The notes under the pieces are model-generated. The model was not told the origin of the DNA. It did no database searches and saw only the letters and a program-made list of their open reading frames with translations. DNA of 64,000 nt from a virus. The stretch covers positions 20,532-84,531 of the IMG/VR virus record IMGVR_UViG_3300028392_000053, one strand, 5' to 3'. Below, piece after piece: positions 38,432 to 47,319 of this stretch. Position 1 is the first letter of the stretch, and the number at the start of each line of letters is the position of its first letter. Both the position numbers and the translations under genes were made by a program.

Positions 38432-38486
38432 AGAAACAACAGTGAGTCACCAGGTGGTTGCCAGGTGGCTTTTTTTGAGTTATAAT
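38424..38486 (+). promoter_or_regulatory. early promoter with TGTTG-N8-CAACA operator, firing into a non-coding region
   Basis: TGTTG-TAAAGAAA-CAACA, 16 bp gap, then TTGCCA-N17-TATAAT. Confidence 0.75.
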
Positions 38487-38839
38487 AGATGCATGGTTCG
38501 AACAGCACACTGGGGATGGACGTGGCGGCTGCCTGATGGATTAATCCAGTCTAATCCAGTGCATATTCCAGTATACCACTGCGGTGCTCTGAATGGTACT
38601 CTACCAGACCATCACCGGACACGCTGGAACGTGCTGTGGTCGTGCTGTGGTACCACTGTGGTACTCTGAGGCTCGCTGAGAATATTTCAGGGCTTGGCAG
38701 CCAGACACTAAGTCCCACTGGTACTTACACACCAACGACACACCGCGACACAGCCAGCGACATATGCAGTATAATGCATGTCGCATCCGTTACATATGCG
38801 CTATAATGCATACTGGTTTCCCAAACACATTCCAAAAAG

Positions 38840-38871
38840 ATATCCACAACTTATCCACAGCTTTATCCACA
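38840..38871 (+). promoter_or_regulatory. three tandem DnaA boxes (candidate origin element)
   Basis: ATATCCACA (38840), TTATCCACA (38851) and TTATCCACA (38863). Confidence 0.7.
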
Positions 38872-38879
38872 GATTTTTT

Positions 38880-38940
38880 TGTTGTTTTTTCACAACAAAC
38901 GCAAATATTCCATTGCCATTCCTACCAGTACCGCTATAAT
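38880..38940 (+). promoter_or_regulatory. early promoter with TGTTG-N8-CAACA operator
   Basis: TGTTG-TTTTTTCA-CAACA, 15 bp gap, then TTGCCA-N16-TATAAT. Confidence 0.75.
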
Positions 38941-38947
38941 ACTCTAC

Positions 38948-39154
38948 ATGATGAAACAAAACTTCTTCCCTACTCTCAATTCTGCTCTCGAATCTGAGGG
39001 ACTGCTGGAATCTTGGGCACTTAATTTCCCTCCACTTTCTTATGATTCCACGTACTCTTACACTTTTGATGATGGTTCAAAGCATGGTCATTATGTCTCT
39101 CTTTATCGTGATTCTGGAGGTCGTTATGAACGTCCGGTTCACTATAAGCGGTAA
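38948..39154 (+). CDS. hypothetical early protein (probably leaderless)
   Basis: ATG follows TATAAT after a 7-bp gap; YVSLYRDSGGRYERPVHY motif. Confidence 0.6.
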   Translation: MMKQNFFPTLNSALESEGLLESWALNFPPLSYDSTYSYTFDDGSKHGHYVSLYRDSGGRYERPVHYKR

Positions 39155-39195
39155 GGTGAATACTTGACCGGAGAAATGGATTACTTTTCTCTTAC

Positions 39196-39224
39196 TTGCC
39201 ATTCTTCTTTGGAACCTGTATAAT
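39196..39224 (+). promoter_or_regulatory. early promoter
   Basis: TTGCCA-N17-TATAAT, with AATACTTGACCGG half-site upstream. Confidence 0.75.
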
Positions 39225-39253
39225 AGACTCTATTGATTGATAAGGAACTCTCT

Positions 39254-39439
39254 ATGAAAATTACTACTGCTATCTCCATTCTCGAAAAAGAACGGAACTT
39301 TCTTGGTCTCGGTTTTCTTGAAGTCCTACAGGACATCCAGAAACATGGGAAAATGGTTTATTCTGAAAAGACTATGGTTGCATTCCATGTTTTTATGAAC
39401 GAAGGTGCTAAACTCTTTGCTACGGTGGAGGAAGAATAA
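39254..39439 (+). CDS. hypothetical protein
   Basis: MKITTAI start after TAAGGA RBS. Confidence 0.6.
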   Translation: MKITTAISILEKERNFLGLGFLEVLQDIQKHGKMVYSEKTMVAFHVFMNEGAKLFATVEEE

Positions 39440-39660
39440 TGTTTTTCAATATCTTTCGTTTTTATTCTCGGTCGAATACTTCCGCAGTATTCACTAACAT
39501 ACCTATTCATTTATTAAATGAGTTTCGCTCCGTATATCCAGGGAAATACAAGGTTCGGTATCGTGGACCTAGGGCACATCGGAAAAATGAATTTCCAAAT
39601 AATCGTGCATCATATTGTCTGATGAAGGACGCAAAAACTTTCTCCGCTTATACCTATTGA
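39439..39660 (+). CDS. hypothetical protein
   Basis: KVRYRGPR motif; TAATG coupling with the upstream ORF. Confidence 0.55.
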   Translation: MFFNIFRFYSRSNTSAVFTNIPIHLLNEFRSVYPGKYKVRYRGPRAHRKNEFPNNRASYCLMKDAKTFSAYTY

Positions 39661-39822
39661 TGGAAGTATATAAAATGAACGAACTCGAAACACTTCAGGC
39701 ACGTGCAAAGTCTATTTTAGAATCCCAAGCACATTGGAAAAGCTGCCAAGATGGCTCTTATGAAATGGCTCTCCATAATTTGGGCTATTCTGAAATATTA
39801 GAAAAAATTAAGGAATTATCAA

Positions 39823-39984
39823 ATGAAAGATTATAAAGAATATTTTGATTATCTCGTTGCACTACGGGATTCCGGTGAAACCAATATGTGGGGTGCGGCT
39901 CCGTACATCCAACGGGAATTCGGTGTTACATACCAAGAAGCTAAGGAAATCCTGCTGGCATGGATCAAATCATTCGAGAAATGA
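39823..39984 (+). CDS. hypothetical protein (LRDSGETNM motif)
   Basis: Manual translation MKDYKEYFDYLVALRDSGETNMWGAAPYIQREF...; AAGGA RBS. Confidence 0.6.
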   Translation: MKDYKEYFDYLVALRDSGETNMWGAAPYIQREFGVTYQEAKEILLAWIKSFEK

Positions 39985-39999
39985 ATACTTCCAGTCCAC

Positions 40000-40028
40000 T
40001 TGCCAAGCACCAAGAAATCTGGTATAAT
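40000..40028 (+). promoter_or_regulatory. early promoter
   Basis: TTGCCA-N17-TATAAT. Confidence 0.75.
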
Positions 40029-40059
40029 ACACACACAAACAAACTTTAAAGGAAATATT

Positions 40060-40470
40060 ATGGGCACTCGTTCACTCACTTTTGTTTACACCGACCACTA
40101 TGGCTCTGAGACTGGTCCTGAACCAATCGTCAATATGTACCGTCAGTTTGATGGCTACCCCTCTGGTCATGGGCTTGAACTCTCCGAATTCTTAAATTCG
40201 TTTGAAGCCATTACCAATGGCATTCCCTTTGGTGATACACGGAAACTGGCAAACGGAATGGGATGCTTGGCTGCCCAACTCATTGCACATTTTAAACAGT
40301 CTGTCGGTGGCTTTTACATCTACCCTGTGACCTCCAAAGATTGTGGTCAAGATTATGAATACCATGTTTACTCTGACCGTATCACCGTTTATGGCTACGA
40401 TAAAGAACACCTGTTCACTGGTCCATGGTCCGCTTTTACTGAATTTTGTACTGAAAAGGAGAATGCATAA
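40060..40470 (+). CDS. conserved phage early protein (MGTRS...DGYP family)
   Basis: MGTRSL, YRQFDGYPSGHG and ANGMGCLAAQLIAHFK motifs. Confidence 0.7.
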   Translation: MGTRSLTFVYTDHYGSETGPEPIVNMYRQFDGYPSGHGLELSEFLNSFEAITNGIPFGDTRKLANGMGCLAAQLIAHFKQSVGGFYIYPVTSKDCGQDYEYHVYSDRITVYGYDKEHLFTGPWSAFTEFCTEKENA

Positions 40471-40700
40471 TGCCGTACGTAAACACCTATATTGAAGTTG
40501 ATGATGTTCTTGATGAACTCTCTGATGATGAACTTATCGATGAATTGAAACGCCGTGGAAAAGATTACAATACACAGTTTGTCGATGGTGATGAAATGCG
40601 TATGGTTCTCCAAACTCTCTATGAAAAACGTAGGATTGGTAAGGATTATCAATCCGAACTGGACCAATTGATTTACGGAATTCTGGGTAAAATTGTATGA
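40470..40700 (+). CDS. hypothetical protein
   Basis: GGAG RBS; DDELIDELKRRG. Confidence 0.6.
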   Translation: MPYVNTYIEVDDVLDELSDDELIDELKRRGKDYNTQFVDGDEMRMVLQTLYEKRRIGKDYQSELDQLIYGILGKIV

Positions 40701-40927
40701 ACGAACGACTTAAAAAATTGATGGGTCTAACCCTAGATGAGAAATTCTCTGGCACATGGTCAAGAATGGATATGCAAGACTTGGAAAAGTTTGCTGACGG
40801 ATTTGCTGACTTGATTATTCGGGAATGTATGGATATTGCATGGCGGCATACGCCTGACACAGAAGAATGTGAATATTCTTGGTTAATTCACGATAAGATT
40901 AAACAATATTTCGGAGTTAAAGAATGA
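40697..40927 (+). CDS. MNER-family small protein
   Basis: MNERLKKL...FADLIIREC...YFGVKE. Confidence 0.65.
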   Translation: MNERLKKLMGLTLDEKFSGTWSRMDMQDLEKFADGFADLIIRECMDIAWRHTPDTEECEYSWLIHDKIKQYFGVKE

Positions 40928-41346
40928 TTGAAGATGATGAATTTGAAGATGGCACTTTTACAATTAAGTATGCCAATGTAATAAAGCAGAAAGATTTTCT
41001 ACCGCTTACCCGCACACTTGCTATGGACCTGTCGGAGACTGGTTATATGCGACCAGGTGATTTTCTAAAGTCACTCACTGATGGTGATGTATCGGCTCTC
41101 CTTACGATTGCTGACAATGACGAAAACCCACGCCTTGAAGAAATTCTACTGATTGCTGAAATGTTGGCTACCGGTGAAGGCCTTGAACAATCAAAAAATG
41201 CCGATGAAATTACACTCCGAATGAATACATTCTGTGGTTTCCTTGCTATTGAAGGACTCAAGCGGAAAGGTATAGTGAAGGTTTACTATGATAATATGTC
41301 ATTTGGTGAAGATTTTGGAAATAAAATTATTGTTGAAAAACTATGA
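40924..41346 (+). CDS. hypothetical protein
   Basis: Coupled ORF; IEGLKRKG..VYYDNMSFGED. Confidence 0.6.
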   Translation: MIEDDEFEDGTFTIKYANVIKQKDFLPLTRTLAMDLSETGYMRPGDFLKSLTDGDVSALLTIADNDENPRLEEILLIAEMLATGEGLEQSKNADEITLRMNTFCGFLAIEGLKRKGIVKVYYDNMSFGEDFGNKIIVEKL

Positions 41347-41573
41347 CACTCCCTATAGAACGAACAAATGCGGTGACTAGGACTCAAAAGTTCCTATATG
41401 ACCTACTTGATCCAAAGAAAACTCCACGTGTACCACTCTCTGTTCGGAAAGATGCAAGGTCATTACTCCGTCACTACCCATCCGAATTTGAAATGAATAT
41501 GATTGCAGACCGTGAAGATACTGAAGGTAATAATGGTATCTCATATAAAGTTTTTGGAAAAGGATACGAATAA
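41343..41573 (+). CDS. conserved phage protein (MTLPxER...LLRHYP)
   Basis: MTLPIERTNAV...TPRVP..VR..ARSLLRHYP motif. Confidence 0.65.
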   Translation: MTLPIERTNAVTRTQKFLYDLLDPKKTPRVPLSVRKDARSLLRHYPSEFEMNMIADREDTEGNNGISYKVFGKGYE

Positions 41574-41736
41574 TGTATTGGGCTATTCTAGTAATTTCCA
41601 CAATGACAACATCAGTTATTGCATATGTTGGACATTTTGAAAAAGAATCTGATTGTAACAAGGCTGTGATTGAATTGAAAACACAAAATTTGCCTTATTC
41701 AACTAAAATTGCATGTGTGCAGATGGAAGCTAAAAA

Positions 41737-42454
41737 GTGAACGAACGAATTAAACAACTTGCTCTACAGGCTGGATGGGATTTGTGGGAAGGTAGAGCAC
41801 AAGCGGATATGACTGGCTGTGAGACCGAATTACAAAAGTTCGCCGAGTTGATTGTGGCAGAATGTTTGAAAATTGCTAAAAACAGAGAAGACGAGTTTGA
41901 AAGTGCCGGCTTCCTCGAAGAATCAAATGCAGTAGGCAATGTGGCATATCAAATTTCACGACAATTTGGAGTTGAACGATGAACGAACGAATTAAAGAAC
42001 TTGCTGAACATGCAAACTACTTGGCGACAGAGAAAGAATTTCCATATGATGAGGATTGGTTTTATCTCTATAACAAAAAGTTCGCCGAGTTGATTGTTAG
42101 GGAATGTGCTAACATTGGTGAACGATATGCCGACGGCAACTACGAAGTTTATAATCAGATTTTAGCACATTTTGGAATTGAGGAATGAACGAACGAATTA
42201 AAGAATTGATGAACAAGGCTACAACTATTGAAGAACATGGTTGGGGTGCCAGTTATGAAAATTTTGATAGACTTAAGTTCGCCGAGTTGATTGTTAGGGA
42301 ATGTGCTAAAATTTGTATTGAACAGAATGTATCTAATCTTGATTTGGATGTTATTCGTGAGTCTGGCAAATTTACTTTACAGGATCTTGCCACTAAATCG
42401 TGTGGTGAGAATTTGTCTAAACAGATTAAGAAACATTTCGGAGTTGAAGAATGA
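41737..42454 (+). repeat. three tandem paralogous MNER-family genes (41737-41982, 41979-42188, 42185-42454)
   Basis: Shared MNERIK.L / KFAELIV.EC / FG(V,I)E blocks; exact 35-bp DNA repeat at 42078-42112 and 42275-42309. Confidence 0.85.
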
Positions 42455-42669
42455 ACATGCCCGTCATACCTGACCATGTATTCAAGATGTGGAATGATCC
42501 TAGATTTGAAATTCTAGCAGAGGTCGATAAACTATTGAATGGCAGCCGTATATGGGCCGGCCAGGATTGGACTTATAATCCAATTCATCCTGTCAAGTAT
42601 ATGCCCGTGGCTAATAAGATTCGCAAGGCATTGGATGAACTCCATAAAGAATATGGAATTGAAGAATGA
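42451..42669 (+). CDS. hypothetical protein
   Basis: Coupled ORF ending YGIEE like the MNER family. Confidence 0.55.
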   Translation: MNMPVIPDHVFKMWNDPRFEILAEVDKLLNGSRIWAGQDWTYNPIHPVKYMPVANKIRKALDELHKEYGIEE

Positions 42670-43100
42670 GATTTTTTCTTGATACTGAATTCAATGGATT
42701 TGGTGGTAAACTTATATCGATGGCTTTGGTGCCAGAGAATGATACGTTTCCCGAATTCTATAAAGAACTGGAGATGAATGACCAGTTAGAACCATGGGTG
42801 CGTGATAATGTGGTGCCTCACCTTTTTCAGCCTCCATGCACACACCATGAATTCCAGCAAAGCCTTGCTAACTATTTGTGGAATAATAAAGAAGAAACAA
42901 TCATTATTGCAGACTGGCCTGATGACATTCGATATTTTTGTGATTCACTCATTACAGGTCCAGGTATGATGTTGAGTCTAATGTTCAATATTAAATTTGA
43001 ACTCGACTTTGGTATTGAATACGAATCATTGGTGCCACATAATGCACTTTTTGATGCTAGAGCGATTCGTGATTTCTATATGAAAAGAGAAAATAAATGA
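42666..43100 (+). CDS. 3'-5' exoribonuclease (DEDDh, Rv2179c-like)
   Basis: FLDTEF, LISMALV and HNALFDARAI motifs. Confidence 0.8.
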   Translation: MRFFLDTEFNGFGGKLISMALVPENDTFPEFYKELEMNDQLEPWVRDNVVPHLFQPPCTHHEFQQSLANYLWNNKEETIIIADWPDDIRYFCDSLITGPGMMLSLMFNIKFELDFGIEYESLVPHNALFDARAIRDFYMKRENK

Positions 43101-43438
43101 GCCTCGATGTTGATTTGATGATAGTGCAACCCACTTCCGTTTACTCCGACAATATTACACATAATCTAGGTAAAATGGCCGGAGAAGTTAAACTCTCAAA
43201 TGGCCTGACCCTGTATGATGTGCTGTGGAGACCGGATGAGCACTCCTTGAAGTTTGCGAAAGATATATCCGAACTTCTGGATGAAGGATGGAATATTCTG
43301 CTATCAGACCCAAAACACTTTATGACATTCAATCCAGATAATGGATGGGGTTCATATGAGGGACTGGAGAAATTCGTATACAAGTATCGTAATGCATGTT
43401 GGGATAATCCTGATGCTGAACTGAGTATATCAAGATGA
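43097..43438 (+). CDS. conserved phage hypothetical protein
   Basis: MSLDV, NITHNLGKMA and NPDNGWGSYEG motifs. Confidence 0.65.
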   Translation: MSLDVDLMIVQPTSVYSDNITHNLGKMAGEVKLSNGLTLYDVLWRPDEHSLKFAKDISELLDEGWNILLSDPKHFMTFNPDNGWGSYEGLEKFVYKYRNACWDNPDAELSISR

Positions 43439-43911
43439 ACAAAAAACCTAATCTGTACATGATGATTGGTGTACCAGGTTCTGGTAAGTCCACATGGATA
43501 AAAAACCAAGAGTTTTGGATGTCCGATTGTGTATACATTTCTACCGACAAATATGTTGAGGAATATGCGGAGAGTGTTGGTAAAACTTATACCGAAGTGT
43601 TTGAAGAATATATGCCAATTGCCGTTGCAAAAATGGCAGATGCAGTAAATGTCGCACGTGATGAAGGAAAGAACATTATCTGGGACCAAACATCTACTAC
43701 AATCTCCACAAGGGCGAAGAAATTCCGAATGCTCCCGGAATATTATGCAATTGCAGTGGTTTTTCGGATCCCGGGGCCTGAAGAACTTCAAAAAAGACTT
43801 GCCAACAGACCAGGAAAAGTGATACCATCGGATGTACTTCAATCGATGATTGATGGTTGGCAAGAACCAACCGAAGATGAAGGCTTTAAAGAAATTTGGA
43901 AGGTACCATAA
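43435..43911 (+). CDS. AAA_33 / polynucleotide-kinase-like P-loop kinase
   Basis: GVPGSGKSTW, ISTD, WDQT and PTEDEGF motifs. Confidence 0.8.
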   Translation: MNKKPNLYMMIGVPGSGKSTWIKNQEFWMSDCVYISTDKYVEEYAESVGKTYTEVFEEYMPIAVAKMADAVNVARDEGKNIIWDQTSTTISTRAKKFRMLPEYYAIAVVFRIPGPEELQKRLANRPGKVIPSDVLQSMIDGWQEPTEDEGFKEIWKVP

Positions 43912-44307
43912 TGTCAAAAAAACTTGAAATTGATTATGAAACGGCTGAGCGTATCACTTTGCTTAGACTCAAAGACCACCAAGCATACCTCAAAAAAGAA
44001 TTGAAAGACTTTAAAAAAGGTGCATATTTGCACCCCGAAGATGTGTGTGACAACACGTTACTGATTGAGGCACTTAATAGAGTTATTAAATATTACGGAG
44101 GTTAATGATGGCTAAGTCTAAGAACATTATTTTAAATCACGAACAGATTGAAAAACTGTATGAGATTGCACAACACTTCAAAGACATTAAACAATTTGAA
44201 GTTGAAACTGACCATTCATCCGGTATTGGTACATCTGTTCGTGTGAAGTTTGACCTATTCGACAACAAAGACACAACTATTGATATCACTGATGTGAAGG
44301 ACTGGTA

Positions 44308-44733
44308 ATGAGACAAGAACTAGATAAAAAACTGTGTAAAGATTATCCAAAGATTTTTGCTAATCGTTTTGGTGACATGAAAGAAACTGCCATGTGTTGG
44401 GGTTTCGATTGTGGTGATGGTTGGTACCCACTTATCAATAGACTTTGCAGTGAGATTCAACATCACCTCAATAGAAATGCAAAGGAAGGAACTCCACAAT
44501 TCGTTGCATCCCAAGTAAAAGAAAAGTATGGTTCTCTACGATTCTATGGTGATGGTGGTGATAACCGAATCAACGATTTTATTTGGTTTGCCGAATCTAT
44601 GTCAACTATCATGTGTGAAACATGTGGTGCTCCAGGTAAACGCCGTGGTCATGGATGGATTTACACTGCATGTGATACACACGCCAAAGAACAAGATTTG
44701 ATTGATAATACTGAGGTTAACGAAGATGAATGA
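44308..44733 (+). CDS. conserved phage hypothetical protein
   Basis: CGDGW, QVKEKYGSLRFY and CETCGAPG motifs. Confidence 0.7.
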   Translation: MRQELDKKLCKDYPKIFANRFGDMKETAMCWGFDCGDGWYPLINRLCSEIQHHLNRNAKEGTPQFVASQVKEKYGSLRFYGDGGDNRINDFIWFAESMSTIMCETCGAPGKRRGHGWIYTACDTHAKEQDLIDNTEVNEDE

Positions 44734-44968
44734 AAATTTTAAAAGATTAGCCGAAGAAGCCGGCTTTTGTTTTTGGGAAGATGAGTCTTGGCGACCAGAA
44801 GGTCAAGTGATTGATTGGTCTTCCAATTATGAAGAAGAATTCAAAAAGTTTGGTGAATTGGTTGTACGGGAATGTGCCAATGAACTAATTAAATGGAAAG
44901 ATGAACCTTTTCCATATGATCCAGGTTTTGGTGCAATTCTAATTAAATCACTTTTCGGAGTTAAATGA
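44726..44968 (+). CDS. MNER-family small protein
   Basis: MNENFKRLAEEAG...KFGELVVREC...FGVK. Confidence 0.6.
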   Translation: MNENFKRLAEEAGFCFWEDESWRPEGQVIDWSSNYEEEFKKFGELVVRECANELIKWKDEPFPYDPGFGAILIKSLFGVK

Positions 44969-45198
44969 TGGCGGCTCAAGGCTGGCGTAAGCGTCAAATT
45001 GAAAATGTAATTATAAAATCTGACATCAATCAACTGTTGCAACCTATGTTAGGTCGTATTGAATTGGTTGATGCATGGTGGAATTCCGAGAACAAAGCAT
45101 TTGATGGAAAAACACCTGATGAGGTGTATCAAACTGGTGAGGACGGACGGAAACATGTTTACCAATACGTTCTTGGTTCTTCCGATGGGTACTGGTGA
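44965..45198 (+). CDS. Xre/MbcA antitoxin C-terminal-like protein (tentative)
   Basis: WWNSENKAFDGKTP motif resembles the toxin-binding domain. Confidence 0.45.
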   Translation: MMAAQGWRKRQIENVIIKSDINQLLQPMLGRIELVDAWWNSENKAFDGKTPDEVYQTGEDGRKHVYQYVLGSSDGYW

Positions 45199-45200
45199 GT

Positions 45201-45263
45201 TGTTGTAAAAAAACAACAAAGGGCAATCTTTATGGTTGCCTTTTTTTTGGTTTCTGGTATAAT
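45201..45263 (+). promoter_or_regulatory. early promoter with TGTTG-N8-CAACA operator
   Basis: TGTTG-TAAAAAAA-CAACA, 17 bp gap, then TTGCCT-N16-TATAAT. Confidence 0.75.
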
Positions 45264-45293
45264 AGAACCATACACAGCAACAAAGGAACTAAA

Positions 45294-45545
45294 ATGCGTA
45301 CAAAACAACTGATTTGGGGTCTGAACAATACTCAGAAATTCCGTGCTATTGTGAACGGTGTTGGCTTCATTATGAAAGTGAAAGACCTTGAAGATAAGTT
45401 TGTGTTTACTACACAAAGGGTTGCTGTATGGAATGCATTGGCAACCTGTGCAAGGGAAGATGTTAGTGGTTTTGGTACCACATACACTTACTATGATGAT
45501 AAGATGGTGGCTACTAAGGTGGATATCCAGGTTAACCTTCTCTGA
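45294..45545 (+). CDS. hypothetical early protein
   Basis: AAGGA RBS after the promoter. Confidence 0.6.
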   Translation: MRTKQLIWGLNNTQKFRAIVNGVGFIMKVKDLEDKFVFTTQRVAVWNALATCAREDVSGFGTTYTYYDDKMVATKVDIQVNLL

Positions 45546-45618
45546 AGGATGGACATACCTACTTATGCAACAAACAAGAATGGAAAGAGGTGAATATGGA
45601 TATAAACTGGTACATGAT

Positions 45619-45682
45619 TGTTGTTTCTATGCAACATATCTACCAAAAAATGGTTGCCATGTGGCAAAAAATGTGATACAAT
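45619..45682 (+). promoter_or_regulatory. early promoter with TGTTG-N8-CAACA operator
   Basis: TGTTG-TTTCTATG-CAACA, 17 bp gap, then TTGCCA-N17-TACAAT. Confidence 0.75.
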
Positions 45683-45696
45683 AGAAACATCTTATT

Positions 45697-46868
45697 ATGG
45701 AGAACTTTATGAATCGTAATGCAAAAGCATTCGTCCAAGCCGCTACTGAGATTTTTGGCGAGAATGCAATTTTGAGCCGTGACCAAATTCAACACGTTGT
45801 TGATGAACGTTCTGTTCCTTATCCCTTCTGGTTTGTTACCCGTCAAGAATTCCGTTCGAATCGTGGCCAATATCGTTTGCCTGATGCACCTGATACCGTG
45901 CGTCCTGTTGCAACCACAACTGTTGTTGAAGAAGCCTCAACTGTTGATATGGCACAAACTGCAACCGTTCATGTTCTCCGTCAAAAGAAACTTGAAGACC
46001 ATGCAGACACTTCTATTCCCGAAAAATACCAAGGCTATGTTCCTTTTGGTTTCTACAAAGACCTGACTTCAATCGTGCTATCACAGGAATTCTTCCCTGT
46101 GTTTATTACTGGTATGTCAGGAAACGGTAAGACACTGATGGTTGAACAAGTGTGTGCTACACTCAAACGTGAATGCATCCGTGTGAATATCTCCGTTGAG
46201 ACTGATGAATCTGACCTGATTGGTGGTCCAACACTGGTCGATGGTAACGTGGTGTACCGTGATGGTCCTGTTATGACTGCCATGAAACGTGGTGCAATCC
46301 TATTGATTGACGAAGTTGACCGTGGCTCCAACAAACTGATGTGTCTCCAAGGTATTCTGGAGGGCAAACCTTACTTCAACAAAAAGTCTGGCGAGTACAT
46401 TTATCCAAAACGTGGCTTCAACGTTGTTGCCACCGCAAACACCAAGGGCCGTGGCTCCGAAGAAGGTCGCTACCTCTCACAAATTCTTGATGATGCGTTC
46501 CTTGAACGTTTCAATATTACCGTAGAACAGGAATATCCTGAAGCCAAAGTCGAACTCAAGATTCTGAAACATTATTGAATGATGATGAGTTTGCGGAGAA
46601 TCTTGTAAAGTGGGCTGATGTTATCCGTAAAACATTTGCCGAAGGTGGTGTTGATGAAATTATCTCTACTCGCCGTTTGGTACACATTTCAAAGACCTAT
46701 GCAATCTTTAAAGATCGTCAAAAGGCAATTCAACTCTGTGTGAATCGTTTTGACCAAGAAACCAAGGATTCTTTCCTTGACCTGTATTCAAAGGTTGATG
46801 TTAAAGTTGCAGAGGCAAATGCCGGACCTGTACCAACATATTCACCTAATGATGAAGTACCATTCTAA
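45697..46868 (+). CDS. CobS/MoxR-like AAA+ ATPase, frameshifted near 46570
   Basis: GMSGNGKT, LIDEVD, TANTKGRG and LDDAFLERF; C-terminal ISTRRLVHI domain continues in a shifted frame. Confidence 0.85.
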
Positions 46869-46870
46869 AC

Positions 46871-46923
46871 TGTGGTATTTTAACAACAGAGTGGTTGCCA
46901 CCAGACTGCCACTCTGTTACACT
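46871..46923 (+). promoter_or_regulatory. early promoter with operator, embedded in an inverted repeat
   Basis: TGTGG-N8-CAACA, 6 bp gap, then TTGCCA-N17-TACACT. Confidence 0.6.
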
Positions 46924-46959
46924 TGAATCTGGTAAAACTCTTTTTAAAGGAAATATATT

Positions 46960-47319
46960 ATGCGTACTACTACTAAAATTAATCGTCACGAAAAAATTGC
47001 TTGCGTTATGCTCTCTGGCAAGCCTGTCTCCCCCGCAGAGATTGAGTCCTGTTTCAAAGGCAGTGACCAAGAAGGTGTTCTCTATCGTTTGTCGACCAAC
47101 ATTTACAACATCCGCAAAGATGGTGGAATTGTCCGTGTTTACAAAGATGGTCGTAAAGTGACTGGATATCAATTGGTTAACTTTCAAGAGTTTTCTCCCG
47201 AAGGTCGCTATATTGGTCGTGTACAACCCGTGCAACCTGTTGCACCTGTTGTACCAGTTAAACGTCAGAAGCAAAAAGCTACTGAAACCAACGATATTGC
47301 ATCAACTGAAACAGTTTAA
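46960..47319 (+). CDS. putative winged-helix DNA-binding protein
   Basis: YRLSTNIYNIRKDGG...KDGRKVTGYQL; AAGGA RBS. Confidence 0.5.
   Translation: MRTTTKINRHEKIACVMLSGKPVSPAEIESCFKGSDQEGVLYRLSTNIYNIRKDGGIVRVYKDGRKVTGYQLVNFQEFSPEGRYIGRVQPVQPVAPVVPVKRQKQKATETNDIASTETV

Noticed and set aside
38442-38997. Short ORFs 38442-38669, 38601-38786 and 38764-38997
   Set aside because: No RBS, atypical Trp/Cys/His-rich composition, and they run across promoter and DnaA-box elements
41737-42454. Diversity-generating retroelement TR/VR pair
   Set aside because: Variable parts are unrelated rather than differing at adenines, and no reverse transcriptase is in the window
43141-43917. 258-aa - strand ORF
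   Set aside because: Antisense shadow of two well-supported + strand genes; no RBS or motifs
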